The position numbers were made by a program, and so were the translations under genes. The notes under the pieces are model-generated. The model did not search any database, was not told where the DNA came from, and saw nothing but the letters and a program-made list of their open reading frames with translations. A stretch of 64,000 bases of DNA from positions 62,001-126,000 of the forward strand of contig NW_026860870.1 of NCBI RefSeq assembly GCF_026571515.1, in the 5' to 3' direction. The first letter of the stretch is position 1; each line of letters begins with the position of its first letter. Source of the DNA: Ruditapes philippinarum (taxonomy: Eukaryota). Shown in pieces: positions 51,533-62,410 of the stretch.

Positions 51533-53283
51533 CAAACTAGAACTGCCACTGTTATGGCGTGAATACTTCTGCATACCACTTTGTCAGAATCAACAGTTGT
51601 CATTCAGAGCTCAAGGACAACCCCCAGCCAAATATAAGGGTAGTAAGCCAGTGCCTTGGTAAGTTATGTATTCTACATGTTTTTTTGTGGTTAAGGTCAC
51701 AGTGACCTTTACCTTTGACCTACTGACCTCAAATCTGAAACTGCCACTGTATGACTTGAATACCCCCATTCATGCGGCTTTGCCTGTGGGTGTTTTATGA
51801 TGAATATATGAGAACATAATTATATGCAAATATGAAAATGTCAAAATCTATACACTGTGGACAGCATTCTTAGAGCAGATAAGCTTATTGCGGTAAAAGC
51901 CTCTGCAACTTTGACCTTTGACACATTCACCTCAAAATCAATAGGGGTCATCTGATAGTCATAACCAACCTCAATACTAAGTATGAAGACTGTTAACCAA
52001 AGCATTCTTGAGCAATTGAACAGACAAGCTTTTTTAACTAAAGGCCCCTGTGACTTTGACCTTTGACCCACTGACTTCTAAATCAATAGGGGTCACTTAA
52101 TGGTCATGCTCAACCTCCATGCCAAATATAAAGACTCTGGGTCAAATGACTATTAAGTTATTGGACGGATAAATCTTTAAAGTCAAAACCCTTTTGTCCT
52201 TGACCTTTGACCAAGTGACCTCAAAACAAATAGAGGTCATCTACTTGTCATTACCAACCTCAATACCAAATATGAAGACTATTGACTAAAGCATTCTTAA
52301 GCAATTGAGCGAAAATGCTTTTGAACTTAAGGCCCCAGTGACCTTGACCTTTAACCCAGTGACCTCAAACGCAACATTGGTCCCCAAATGGTCATGAGCA
52401 ACCTCCATGCTAAATATGAAGACTATGGGTCAAATGATTCTTTCGTTATTAGACGGACAAGCTTTTTGAAGTCACGGCCCCTGTGACCTTGACCTTTGAC
52501 CCAGTGATTTCAAAATTAACAATGGTCATCTACTAATCATGACTAAAATCAATGCAAAATATAATGACTGTGGGTCAAAGGTATCTAAAGTTACTGGGCG
52601 GACAATCTTTTTTAGTCAAGGCCCCTTTGACCTTGACTTTCGACCTGGTGACTTCAAAATCAATAGGGGTCATCTACTAATCATAAGTAACCTCCATGCC
52701 AAATATAAAGACTGTGGGTCAAAGGATTCTTAAGTTATAAGGCTGACAAGCTTTTTTAGTCAAGACCCCTGTGACCTTGACCTTTGACCTGGTGACCTCA
52801 AAATCAATAGGGGTCATCTTCTGATCATGTCTAACCTCCATGCCAAATATGAAGACTGTGGGTCAAAGGAATCTTAAGTTATTGGGTGGACAAGCTTTTT
52901 AAAGTCAATACCACTGTGACCTTGACATTAGAGCTGGTTCCCCTAAAAGCAATAGGGATCATCTACTAATCATGACTAACCTCCATGCAAAGTATGAAGA
53001 CTGTGGGTCAAAAGATTTTTAAAGTATTGGGGGACAAGCTTTTTTAAGTCAAGGCCCCTGTGACCTTGACCTTTGACCTGGTGACCTCAAAATCAATAGG
53101 GGTCATCTACTAATCATGACTAACCGCCATGCTAAATATGAAGACTGTTAGTCAAAGGAATCTTAAGTTATTGGGCGGTCAAGGAAAAACCGACGGACGC
53201 CGGACGGCTGGACAGCCCGGCGGCCGGACGGACAACCTGATTTTAGTATACCCCTTACGACTTTGTTGTGCGGGGGTATAAAA
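51533..53283 (-). mobile_element. HINE-type element of another family, with about 9 x 144-bp internal repeats
   Basis: On the minus strand it begins tttttatacccccgcac, then a GTCC-type microsatellite. gaccttgacctttgacc units recur at 52340, 52484, 52628, 52772, 52917 and 53061. It ends gccataacagtggcagttctagtt. Confidence 0.85.
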
Positions 53284-54602
53284 AATAAAGATCCCGATAT
53301 TGAAAACCGGCGTGGTATGATCTAAGTTAGTGTTACGATTCATTTCCGGCGGTTTTTATGTTTGTACTATCCTTAGTTTTTTTAGACTACTAGGCTGCTA
53401 ACTTCACATATTTCAAAGCGTCAGAATGACAAAAAATAAAGGTCAATATCTTAGAATATAAAAGTCACGATATTGAAAAAACGCGTGGAATGATCTTGGT
53501 AAAAGCTACCGATTCATTTACGATGGTTTTCATGTTTGCATTATTATCAAAGTTTTTCTTTGGACTGCCAGGCTGCTAACTTCACAATTTCGGAGCGTCA
53601 TAATAAAAAAGTACAACATTTTGAAAAATAAAGATCACGATATTGGGGAAAAACACGCTGAATGGTATAAGTATGTGCCAAAGATGCATTTCCAATAGTA
53701 ATCATGTTTGTATTATTCTTAGTTTTCTTTAAGATGATAGGTTGCTAGGCTGCCAGGCTGGTAGGTTGCTAGGCTGTTAGGATTCCAACTTAACAAATCT
53801 TGAAGATCCGCCAGAAAAGGGTTAAACATAAAAAATGAAGATCATGATAATGTCAAAGCCATCAAATGGTCTGTGTAAGTGATATCGATTCATTTCCGAC
53901 GGTTTTCATGTACTTTCTTTAGACTTCTAGGCTGCTAACTTCACAAAGTTTCAAGCGTCAGGTTGACAAAAATATTTATCATTTTGTATTCAAATTGTAA
54001 TTTTTTGAGTAAATCATACTTACCTGATAAATATACTATAGAATCATTCCCGGAATGACGGAAACTCGCTATACGGTACGTTCCGTACGGAATTTATTCT
54101 AACCGGAAACTAAAAACCACGTGAGTTTAGCAAAACATTTGCATTTCACTTTTAGGCGCCACAACTAGGCGTACCTAATTTTACAATAAAGAGGGGAGGA
54201 GGGAGGATTGTTATATTTATCAGGTAAGTATAATTTAATTTGAATACAGCTTGAAATTTTTTTTATCATAAATTAGCCACTTACCTGATAAATATACTAT
54301 AGAATCTGTCTGATTCCCCAAGCAGTGTCTGCACTGGAGGTGGGTCTTTACTATGTTGAACTTTTTTTATAATTATGTTTTTCAACAAAGACTTTACAAA
54401 ATCTCTAATCTGTTTAAACCCATATAAAACAGTTCTTTTAAACCCATATAAAACAGTTCTTTTTACAAATGTACATTTACTATTCTGTAATTCACTAAAC
54501 TGTGATATCCAATTATTGTCCAATTCCTATGTACACATTCTATATACATGATAAAATAATGAAACTTTCATTAAAGTATATACACCAACTCGCCGTTTTT
54601 TT

Positions 54603-57398
54603 TTAACATTTTAAACAGTCCAACGAGACTTCTTTCAGATAAAACTTTATGAACGTTGAAGCACGAGACCAATCTGCACTGTTCAATACGTCCACCAACT
54701 TTGCCCCTTTAAACAAAGCCCATGAAGGTCCAATTGACCTAGTTGAATGTCCCCGCACTTTTGGTTCTAGTAATTCTTTAGATTTATAAGCTTTCTTGAT
54801 AACACTCACTATCCAATTTGAAATAGTCTGTGCAGACACAGGTTTATGTGGCTTGATTGTCGTCAAGAATAAACTCAACTCATTTGTTTCCTTACGTAAA
54901 TCATCTGTGCGTTTCAAATACCAATACAAAGCTCTCTTAGGATCTAAATATTTATTGTCCTTAAACGTTGGAATGAAAATATTCTTACTTTGATGACCCT
55001 GTCTATCTTGCTTAGAAAGACCATGTCTATAAAAAGTGACACCTTTTTCCTGAATATTGACAGATCCTTCACCTATGCGCATAGCTTGAAGATCACTGCA
55101 TCTTTTGAAAGTTGTGATAGCAATTAAAAATACTGTCTTCCATGTCAAATATTTCAACTTGGCTAACTTCATGGGTTCAAATGGGGGCTGTTTCAGCATC
55201 TGCAAAACAATAGGTAAATTCCATTCAGGTATCAATTTACGTTCAGGAGGTCTACTATTAAAAACTCCTTTCAACATTCTTATGACATGAGGATGTTTTC
55301 CAATAGGAAATTTGTCAATTGTTGGCAAGACTGCAGATAACATTGACCTATAGCCTGAAATTGTTGTGTATTTCAAACCATTATCAAATAAATCAGCTAA
55401 AAAATTTGCACAGTCCGTCAAAGATGCCTTATAGGGATCAATTTGTTTTGTATTGCACCAGCTACTGAATTTTTTAAATTTACAGGTGTAATCTTTTCGT
55501 GTACCATGCCTCCATGATGCCGTGAGCAATTTTCTAGTGCTGCTTGAAAAACCTTTCTCTTTGAATTGTTTGTTGATAGTCTCCATGCAGTTAGATTCAG
55601 AAACTGTGGATTTGTATGATTCACTCTGTTCTGACAAAGTAAATCTACTTGATTTGGTAACTGAATCGGACATGCAATCAACATACTCAACAACGTCGGG
55701 TACCAATGCTGCCGTGGCCACATTGGTGCTATCAGAATCATTTCGCACTGAAAATTGTTCATATGACTCAGAACTTTTGGTATCATGCAAAATGGAGGAT
55801 ACGCATACACAAACATGTTCTCCCAACTGATTGATAGAGCATCTTGAGCAAACGCTTTCGGATGATTTTTCCATGAGCAAAATACCAGACATTGACGATT
55901 CTGTACTGTGGCAAACAAGTCTATCATTGGTTGACCCCATACCTGAAAAATCTTTTGAACTATCAATGGATTCAGGGACCATTCGGATGATTGAATTGCT
56001 CTCCTGCTTAGAGAGTCTGCTAGATAGTTCAACTCCCCCTTCAAATGAGCTGCTCTGAGAATTATTTGACTTTGAATAGCTAATAACCAAATTTTTCTTG
56101 TTAAATTGCATAATTTTTCCGACTTCGTCCCCCCTTGCTTGTTCAGATAATGAATTACTGTCATATTGTCTGATCTGATCAAAATTTGTTTGCTCTTCAA
56201 TTCTGGGAGAAAATGTTTTAATGCAAGGTATACTGCTTCCAACTCTAGGAAGTTTATGTGCTCTAAGCTCATCGTCTTCGACCAAGTTCCCTGTACTACC
56301 TGATTGCCTAAATGAGCACCCCACCCCGTCATCGACGAGTCTGTGGTTAGTTCCATGTCGGATTTGAATGTCTGCAAGACCCTGCCCATTAGAAAATTTT
56401 TCTGAAGTAACCACCATTTCAGATGGTATTTTAGCTGTGGAGTACAAGGGACTTGGACATCCAAAGCCATAGATACAGGTCTCCAGTGTTTTAATACATG
56501 TAATTGGATAGGTCTTGAGAATAGACGAGCATTTGGAACTAGTTCTATCACTGACGCTAATATCCCTAGTATAACTAAGTATTGCCTGGCTGTATTTTGA
56601 CCCCGAAACAGAGTTTGTATTGCCAACTGTAATTTTTGAAACCTTTCTAGAGTTGGAAACACCATACCCTTTATAAGATTGAAAAACGCCCCTATATATG
56701 TTATTTCCTGAGTTGGAATTAAGTGTGACTTTGTTACATTCACTATGAACCCAAGTTCTACTAGGAGACTGAGCGTGAATTCTCGATCTTTTAATATTGC
56801 TGCTAATTTTTGGTTCAGAAACAACCAATCGTCCAGATATACTGCTAGACGAATGGCTTTTGATCTCAGATATTCTGCTATTACCGCTATTACTTTTGTA
56901 AATACCCTGGGGGACACAGTTGGGCCAAAACATAGAGCTTTGAACTGGTAAACTTGACCTTTTATGCAAAATCTGAGAAATTTTCGATGTTTCTTGAATA
57001 TCGGAATGTGAAAGTAAGCATCTTTCAGATCTAGAGTGAATGCCCAGTCTCCTTTTTGAACAAGATTTAGCACTTTTGACAGAGTGTCCATTTTGAAATG
57101 TTGCTTCTTGAGATATCTGTTCAGGGGTTTTAGATTGATTACAGGACGCAAATCTCCTGTCTTTTTTGTTACTAAAAATAGCGTACTGTAAAAACCTTTT
57201 TTCCAAAAACTCTTTGGAACAGTTTCGATTGCATTTTTCTTTAATAATGAAGAAACTTCTTTTTCTAAAATTTCCATTTGTTTTGAATTTACAAAAGTTT
57301 CTTTTATTCCTAAAAAGGGTGGAATTTGATCGAATTCGAGTTTGTAACCGTTCTCGATCACAGATAAAACCCATTTGTCTTTTGTTATTTCTTTCCAT
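54603..57398 (-). CDS. DIRS tyrosine recombinase ORF (long N-terminal extension overlapping pol)
   Basis: C-terminal YR motifs LIAITTFKRCSDL, SAQTISNWI, GHSTR, ADW and TFIKFY. The frame is uninterrupted for 931 aa. Confidence 0.92.
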   Translation of the reverse strand: MERNNKRQMGFICDRERLQTRIRSNSTLFRNKRNFCKFKTNGNFRKRSFFIIKEKCNRNCSKEFLEKRFLQYAIFSNKKDRRFASCNQSKTPEQISQEATFQNGHSVKSAKSCSKRRLGIHSRSERCLLSHSDIQETSKISQILHKRSSLPVQSSMFWPNCVPQGIYKSNSGNSRISEIKSHSSSSISGRLVVSEPKISSNIKRSRIHAQSPSRTWVHSECNKVTLNSNSGNNIYRGVFQSYKGYGVSNSRKVSKITVGNTNSVSGSKYSQAILSYTRDISVSDRTSSKCSSILKTYPITCIKTLETCIYGFGCPSPLYSTAKIPSEMVVTSEKFSNGQGLADIQIRHGTNHRLVDDGVGCSFRQSGSTGNLVEDDELRAHKLPRVGSSIPCIKTFSPRIEEQTNFDQIRQYDSNSLSEQARGDEVGKIMQFNKKNLVISYSKSNNSQSSSFEGGVELSSRLSKQESNSIIRMVPESIDSSKDFSGMGSTNDRLVCHSTESSMSGILLMEKSSESVCSRCSINQLGEHVCVCVSSILHDTKSSESYEQFSVRNDSDSTNVATAALVPDVVEYVDCMSDSVTKSSRFTLSEQSESYKSTVSESNCMETINKQFKEKGFSSSTRKLLTASWRHGTRKDYTCKFKKFSSWCNTKQIDPYKASLTDCANFLADLFDNGLKYTTISGYRSMLSAVLPTIDKFPIGKHPHVIRMLKGVFNSRPPERKLIPEWNLPIVLQMLKQPPFEPMKLAKLKYLTWKTVFLIAITTFKRCSDLQAMRIGEGSVNIQEKGVTFYRHGLSKQDRQGHQSKNIFIPTFKDNKYLDPKRALYWYLKRTDDLRKETNELSLFLTTIKPHKPVSAQTISNWIVSVIKKAYKSKELLEPKVRGHSTRSIGPSWALFKGAKLVDVLNSADWSRASTFIKFYLKEVSLDCLKC

Positions 57399-57658
57399 TT
57401 GTCTAGGAAATGAGTTAATCTCCCCCCTACAGGTATCTCTGGACGCAACATTAACACACTTACCGAGTCATTGTTTTCCGGATTTAGTGTGAACACCTCT
57501 TCCTCTGCCTGCTGACTTGTAAGGCTGTTTAGACGTGTATGATTTAGTCTCGAATGATCTAGAGCCACTTCCTTCTGGTTTGTTTCGATCATTAATCTTT
57601 GGGATACGAAAATTATCCCTGGATTTTTGTCCATTATATCCAGATGCAGGTTTATCAC
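55418..57658 (-). CDS. DIRS pol: reverse transcriptase, RNase H and methyltransferase-like domain
   Basis: RPVINLKPLN, LDLKDAYFHIPI, YQFKALCFG and YLDD. RNase H motifs TTDSS.TGWG, HINFLEL, IRSDN and NYLADSLSR. MT-like motifs IDLFAT and YAYPPF. The true start is uncertain. Confidence 0.95.
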   Translation of the reverse strand: MINLHLDIMDKNPGIIFVSQRLMIETNQKEVALDHSRLNHTRLNSLTSQQAEEEVFTLNPENNDSVSVLMLRPEIPVGGRLTHFLDKWKEITKDKWVLSVIENGYKLEFDQIPPFLGIKETFVNSKQMEILEKEVSSLLKKNAIETVPKSFWKKGFYSTLFLVTKKTGDLRPVINLKPLNRYLKKQHFKMDTLSKVLNLVQKGDWAFTLDLKDAYFHIPIFKKHRKFLRFCIKGQVYQFKALCFGPTVSPRVFTKVIAVIAEYLRSKAIRLAVYLDDWLFLNQKLAAILKDREFTLSLLVELGFIVNVTKSHLIPTQEITYIGAFFNLIKGMVFPTLERFQKLQLAIQTLFRGQNTARQYLVILGILASVIELVPNARLFSRPIQLHVLKHWRPVSMALDVQVPCTPQLKYHLKWWLLQKNFLMGRVLQTFKSDMELTTDSSMTGWGAHLGNQVVQGTWSKTMSLEHINFLELEAVYLALKHFLPELKSKQILIRSDNMTVIHYLNKQGGTKSEKLCNLTRKIWLLAIQSQIILRAAHLKGELNYLADSLSRRAIQSSEWSLNPLIVQKIFQVWGQPMIDLFATVQNRQCLVFCSWKNHPKAFAQDALSISWENMFVYAYPPFCMIPKVLSHMNNFQCEMILIAPMWPRQHWYPTLLSMLIACPIQLPNQVDLLCQNRVNHTNPQFLNLTAWRLSTNNSKRKVFQAALENCSRHHGGMVHEKITPVNLKNSVAGAIQNKLIPIRHL

Positions 57659-58570
57659 ACATCATTTTAGCAGGAGTAGTGGAGGAATCACCCTGTGATG
57701 AAGCACTTTTACGTTTTAAAAACTTCCTTGATTTGGATTCTGGAAGAAGTTCATCTAAAGTTTTCTTGACTTCTTTCCTTTCTCTCAAAATATCATCAAG
57801 ACCATGACCTAAAACTCCTTCACCTGTTAATGGCATACTGGAAATGTCAGTAGAGGAATCAAGCTTAAACAAACCTGTGCCGTGCATTGTCACTTGTCTA
57901 CGTATAATATGAAAAAATGCCCCAACACATGCTAATTGATCCAAACTTTTGGTACAAAGAGAAAAATATCTCTTACTTTCTTTTCAATTTGACTGATATC
58001 TTCAGTTTCTAACATGTTTAGTAACATTCCCAATGCTTGATGCATATACAAGTTCAACATAATACCCTTATTGACTGCCCGATGATAACAAAATGCTGTC
58101 TTCTCCACCATTTTGTCTGGTTGAGAAAATAAAGCACGACCCCTCTTAGCAAAAGATCCACATCTTTGAACCATGTTGACGTTTTAAACATTCATCAACA
58201 ATATCATCTAAAGGAGGAACTTTCAAAAAATCCTTATTTTCAGGTAATGAAGGAAACATACCTTTGTAATCTTCAGCATATGCTGTCACATCATTTGGCT
58301 TTTTGGCTCGATAACTTTGTGACAAAATTTCCTTCTGAGAATCTTCAATTTCAATGCCCAGTTTTTCTTCTGTTTTTTTTAACAAAGCATCATCTTGAAA
58401 AATTTCATGCAAACAATGGCGTTTCTTTTCAGATAAATTAGTTCGTTTACAGGAAACACTATTGTCAAATTCATTTTCCGAATTTTCTACGTCGGAAAAT
58501 TGTTGTTCTTCTTCTCTAGGACAAATAGACAATTCATCATCATTTCTGTCATTTTGTGAGCCATTTGCAC
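57468..58570 (-). pseudogene. DIRS gag-like ORF broken by two 1-nt frameshifts
   Basis: ORFs 58146-58532, 57932-58174 and 57468-57944 join into one gag-like protein (FLKVPPLD, SMPLTGEGVLG) through shifts near 58160 and 57960. Confidence 0.75.
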
Positions 58571-59290
58571 TGCTCTTATTTGAAACATGACTGTGTCAAT
58601 TTTTCATTTAAAAGATTGAACATACGATCGAATTTTTCTGTTAATTCAATTTTTCCAAGTCACCAATAGGTGACCGTCGTTGCTTCGTGTTTTTCGTTTG
58701 AATTTGAGAAGCGGATGTTTCTGCACCCGATAATTCTCCATCTTCTAGCTCCGAAGGGTGAACAGCATAATTATAAATGTAACTATAAAAAGCGAGCAAA
58801 AACAACCCGTCCGCCTAGTGTGGCGCCGAGAAAAAAAGTGAAATGCAAATGTTTTTCTAAACTCACGTGGTTTTTAGTTTCCGGTTAGGATAAATTCCGT
58901 ACGGAACGTACCAAACCGGATACAGCGGGAATGATTTCTAGAATATTTATCAGGTTAGTGGCTAATTTATGATAAAAAAATAAAGTTCAACATAAAAAAA
59001 ATCACGATATTGAATATAGACGGGTACTTTTCTTTAGGCTGCTAGGCTGCCAACTTCAGATTGCTAGGCTGCAAGCCTGCTAAATTCAGGAAAATATAAT
59101 TCAACGCATTTTAGGTTTTTTTCTTCTGTTTTTACTTATATGATATAAAACCGTATTTTTCAGAATCAAAGTATACTTGAACATTTTAAGTCAATAATTG
59201 TCACGTTGATATTTATCTCAACAATGTCACGCTGAGAATAAAAAATGCGTTTCCGATTCCGATTCCGGTTTTCCCAAATCAGTTGCATAA

Positions 59291-59505
59291 TTGTGCCCCC
59301 GCTTTAGTGGGGTGGGGCATTTAGATTTACCCTTGTCCATCCATCCGTCCTTCCGTCCGTTCTCATTTTGTGTCACATGTAGCTCAAAAAGTATTTAAAC
59401 TAGAGTCATGAAACTTTACAGAAATGTTGATCAGCATGTATAGGTGTGCACTTGGGTATTTTCGTGTGGATATATTTAGTATTTTTAGAGGTATTGCCCT
59501 TGAAT
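59291..59505 (+). mobile_element. 5' fragment of a HINE-type element
   Basis: ttgtgcccccgc...ggggcat inverted repeat, CCGT/CCAT microsatellite and one core unit. Confidence 0.65.
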
Positions 59506-59719
59506 AGACCTATGAAAATACTGACGGTACGAACAGGGTTACCATTAAGCATGTTTATCAAATGCAATTATTAAATCTCGTCGAATATAAATAAGCCGAA
59601 ATGATATGTTTAATTTTTGAAAATCTAATGAAGTAAAAAAAAATGTGCAAGGTGGTGTTATTCAAAACTTACTACGTGTTTTGTTTTGTTTTTGTTTTGT
59701 TTTTTCTTTTCATTTGTAG

Positions 59720-59826
59720 CAAAATTAAAGAAAAACGAAACTGACTGTGCATTTGAAAGCAGACTTGGAGCGACAATTGAAGTAAACCGAAATTATTTTA
59801 AGAACACTGGAGCTGATATGGTTACT
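59720..59826 (+). CDS. Integrin alpha, coding exon 3 (AKLKKNETDCAFESRLGATIEVNRNYFKNTGADMVT)
   Basis: Long pyrimidine tract plus tgtAG, and a GTAAGT donor. Phase 1 matches exon 2. The RLGATI motif starts FG-GAP repeat 2. Confidence 0.88.
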
Positions 59827-60299
59827 GTAAGTGTTTTCAATTGCTGTATGTCAATAAGTTTTCCAAACACTTGAAAATTGCAATATTTTAGAATCCTTGC
59901 AAAGGATGTGTGTTAAAGTGTTAAAGTTAAATGCAAACAAATCATAAGAGTCCGTTGAGACAAATGTGCTTATGTGTTTGCACATTCATCGCAAATTAGA
60001 AACGTGAGGGATGTGTTCAACAAACTATAGGCGGGGACGGGGTGTTGGAAAGGTCTCAAGAAGAGACAGATAAACATTTAATTGGAGATGGCACGTTCAT
60101 AATTCTTATTCTTAATTATACATTCATTGAGTCTTTTTATTATGATCCCTCTTGAAACCAAGCTTTGGCCGTCAGAAATGTTCTATACGCATAAAATACT
60201 GATCACTTTAATGATTTTTATACGTGTTCTAAAGGGATGCCGGCCATTCGGAAAAGATTCCTACGGGAATAACAGAACAAAACATATGCACCTTTTATT

Positions 60300-60502
60300 G
60301 TCTTTTGTTTGTTTGTTTGTTTCATTTTAAGCCTTTTCCCAACAGTATTTCACTCATATAGGCGGGTAGATCCTAACCATGGTTCCTGGAGAGTTACATC
60401 AGTACCAGACTACCTTCCTCCGTGCTGAACTACCAAAGCATCTCCCGGGGATCGAACCCAAGCCGGAGAGGTAACTGGATGCTAAGTCATCGACTCTAAC
60501 CC
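60300..60502 (-). mobile_element. Degenerate SINE (reverse orientation)
   Basis: (TTTG)n tail at about 60305 and a reverse B box gggatcgaaccc at about 60450. Confidence 0.45.
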
Positions 60503-61172
60503 TTAATCTGTGTTTGAGGGATATTGATTAAATACGAATAGACTACGTTATGAGCAAATACATCTTTGGGTCTTACGTTGGTTAAATATGGGGTCAACAA
60601 AGATTTGAAACGTAATGCTTATCCATGCCAAAATACCACCAGTAAGATAAAAATGACTTACAGCGTCAGTTGAATGCATTGATATTGAGAAATGTGAAAT
60701 ATGCGCTTGTATACAAAATAAAGTAGAGATGACAAATATGATTCGATATCTTTTGAAAACCTCAACACGAACATATACGTCACAGCAAATGTGAAAATGT
60801 TAATATTTGTGCTGTGTGCAACATACGTGATAACATAACATATCTCATGTGTGACTGTATGGACGTGTGACATAGTAATCCGTGATGTATATGCTCTCCA
60901 AAGCCAGTCTTGATATCATTTCAAATTAATTATCCGTATTAATCACATTGTAAATGCGGAGATAAGTTTAGTTTAAACATATTTATTTTAGCTCGATTGC
61001 GAACAAGTCCTTGCAACTTATATTAATCACTTTCGAGTTCGCTTCCTGGAACCAACCAGCACTGGTATCATATTAAGAAACATTGTCGTGGCCAAGTAAG
61101 GCTTAGTTGAAAGGCAGTCACCTTAACAGCTTCGAAAAAGATTAAACGTACTTACAAAACCCATCTTTTCAG

Positions 61173-61294
61173 GTTTGTGCCCCTGGTTGGAAAAACGTTT
61201 ACCCCGAGAGAGCCCCTGATAAATACCAGAATTATATGCCTGGTATGTGCTTAAGAATGAGAGATGAACTTAAAGTGCAGCCATGTGGTACAAG
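61173..61294 (+). CDS. Integrin alpha, coding exon 4 (VCAPGWKNVYPERAPDKYQNYMPGMCLRMRDELKVQPCGT); the gene continues beyond the window
   Basis: cttttcAG acceptor and AG|GTAAGC donor. Phase 0 matches exon 3. VCAP.W and G.C are typical of integrin alpha repeat 2. Confidence 0.9.
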
Positions 61295-61610
61295 GTAAGC
61301 ACAATTTTATCCTAAATAAAAAACTAAAATAGAGAGAAATTTGAATCCTTAAAGAAAGCCCAATGGGCAAAATTGAAATGTTGGAGGCTCGGTTTGATTG
61401 AGCCTGTTCATAGACGGAACAGGTAAGTGAAACTGATTATCCTGAGATTATCTCCTGTTGCTTGTTGTTGCAGATTAAAGGTAGAGATACATGTATCAAT
61501 AAAGCAAGTATATGTATGTATGTATTGCCCGGTCAAACGGGATTGTGTTTGCAGTAAAGTTTATTTACAACAATTTTTCTTTTACTTTGTGAGATACAGT
61601 ACTATTTTTC

Positions 61611-61611
<1 letters not shown>

Positions 61612-61673
<62 letters not shown>
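61612..61673. repeat. (TAA)n microsatellite
   Basis: Pure trinucleotide run. Confidence 0.95.
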
Positions 61674-62158
61674 TGATGATAATAGTAGTAATAATCAAAG
61701 TGATAAATACAAAGTGATAATAATCAAAGGTAAATAAATAAATATATCCAAATAATAATAATAAATAAATAAATGATTAATATCAAGAGCGGTCAGTGAT
61801 TAGATGTGTAGCCTCATGGTCGCCGTAACTCAGCAAAAAGTCATTCAACCTAACAAAAACCTATGTAATAAGCACAAGAACTTGAGTAACAGATCAGTCC
61901 TATAAAGTTTTATTGAAATTACAGTAGTAGTATAAGAGGAGTAGTCCGGACAAATTATAAAAATGAAAGGTCTTTAAAAGGACTATAACTCATAAATCAT
62001 TGAACCGGAAAATGCCGAAGATATGCACAACTAGATTTGGTATTTATCATTCCTGTAAAGTAGTTTTTGAGGAGTAGTTCGGACACTTTTTGTGAGGAAC
62101 GGACGACAGAGAATGATCCTTATATGTCGCTATCACTTTTACTCCGTAGAGGCGACTC

Positions 62159-62226
<68 letters not shown>
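62159..62226. repeat. (TAA)n microsatellite
   Basis: Pure trinucleotide run; it is the source of the poly-Leu ORF. Confidence 0.95.
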
Positions 62227-62410
62227 GCGTAAAGCAAATACCATGATCTTCCTATATAAAAACATTTCAAATTTTAAAATTGACACCAATTATATTTCTC
62301 AAGTTATGGCCTGAACAAAGTTTAAAGTTTAAGAGGCAATACCTCCAAATAATTTTAGAAGGGCGGGTTGCGGTCCTTATGCACTGAAATTCTACTTATT
62401 CAGATCTATG

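Larger units (their letters stand above)
53970..58978 (-). mobile_element. DIRS1-type tyrosine-recombinase retrotransposon
   Basis: Inverted terminal repeats (about 53985-54171 vs 58813-58978). The internal complementary region 54213-54306 matches both termini. It carries gag, RT/RNase H/MT and YR ORFs, and is inserted in an A run with no TSD. Confidence 0.95.
46190..59085. mobile_element. Large foldback-type structure: arms of degenerate ~170-190-bp repeats in inverted orientation, with four nested insertions
   Basis: The unit gcagcctaaagaaaactaag.atagtacaaacatgaaa.ccgtc.gaaatg is forward at 46190-48950 and reverse at 50930-59085, with a unique centre at about 48950-50930. The host repeat resumes on both sides of each insertion. 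Confidence 0.7.

Noticed and set aside
54796-58441. Plus-strand ORFs within the DIRS element (also 2133-2342, 9640-9966 and 18603-18791 over SCP exons)
   Set aside because: Antisense shadows of real coding frames with no recognisable motifs.
61333-61422. Open 90-nt stretch ending in AG|GTAAGT, possible integrin exon 5
   Set aside because: It would need a 38-nt intron with no pyrimidine tract, and the peptide is not integrin-like.
62047-62289. Poly-Leu signal-peptide-like ORF
   Set aside because: It is a (TAA)n microsatellite read on the minus strand.
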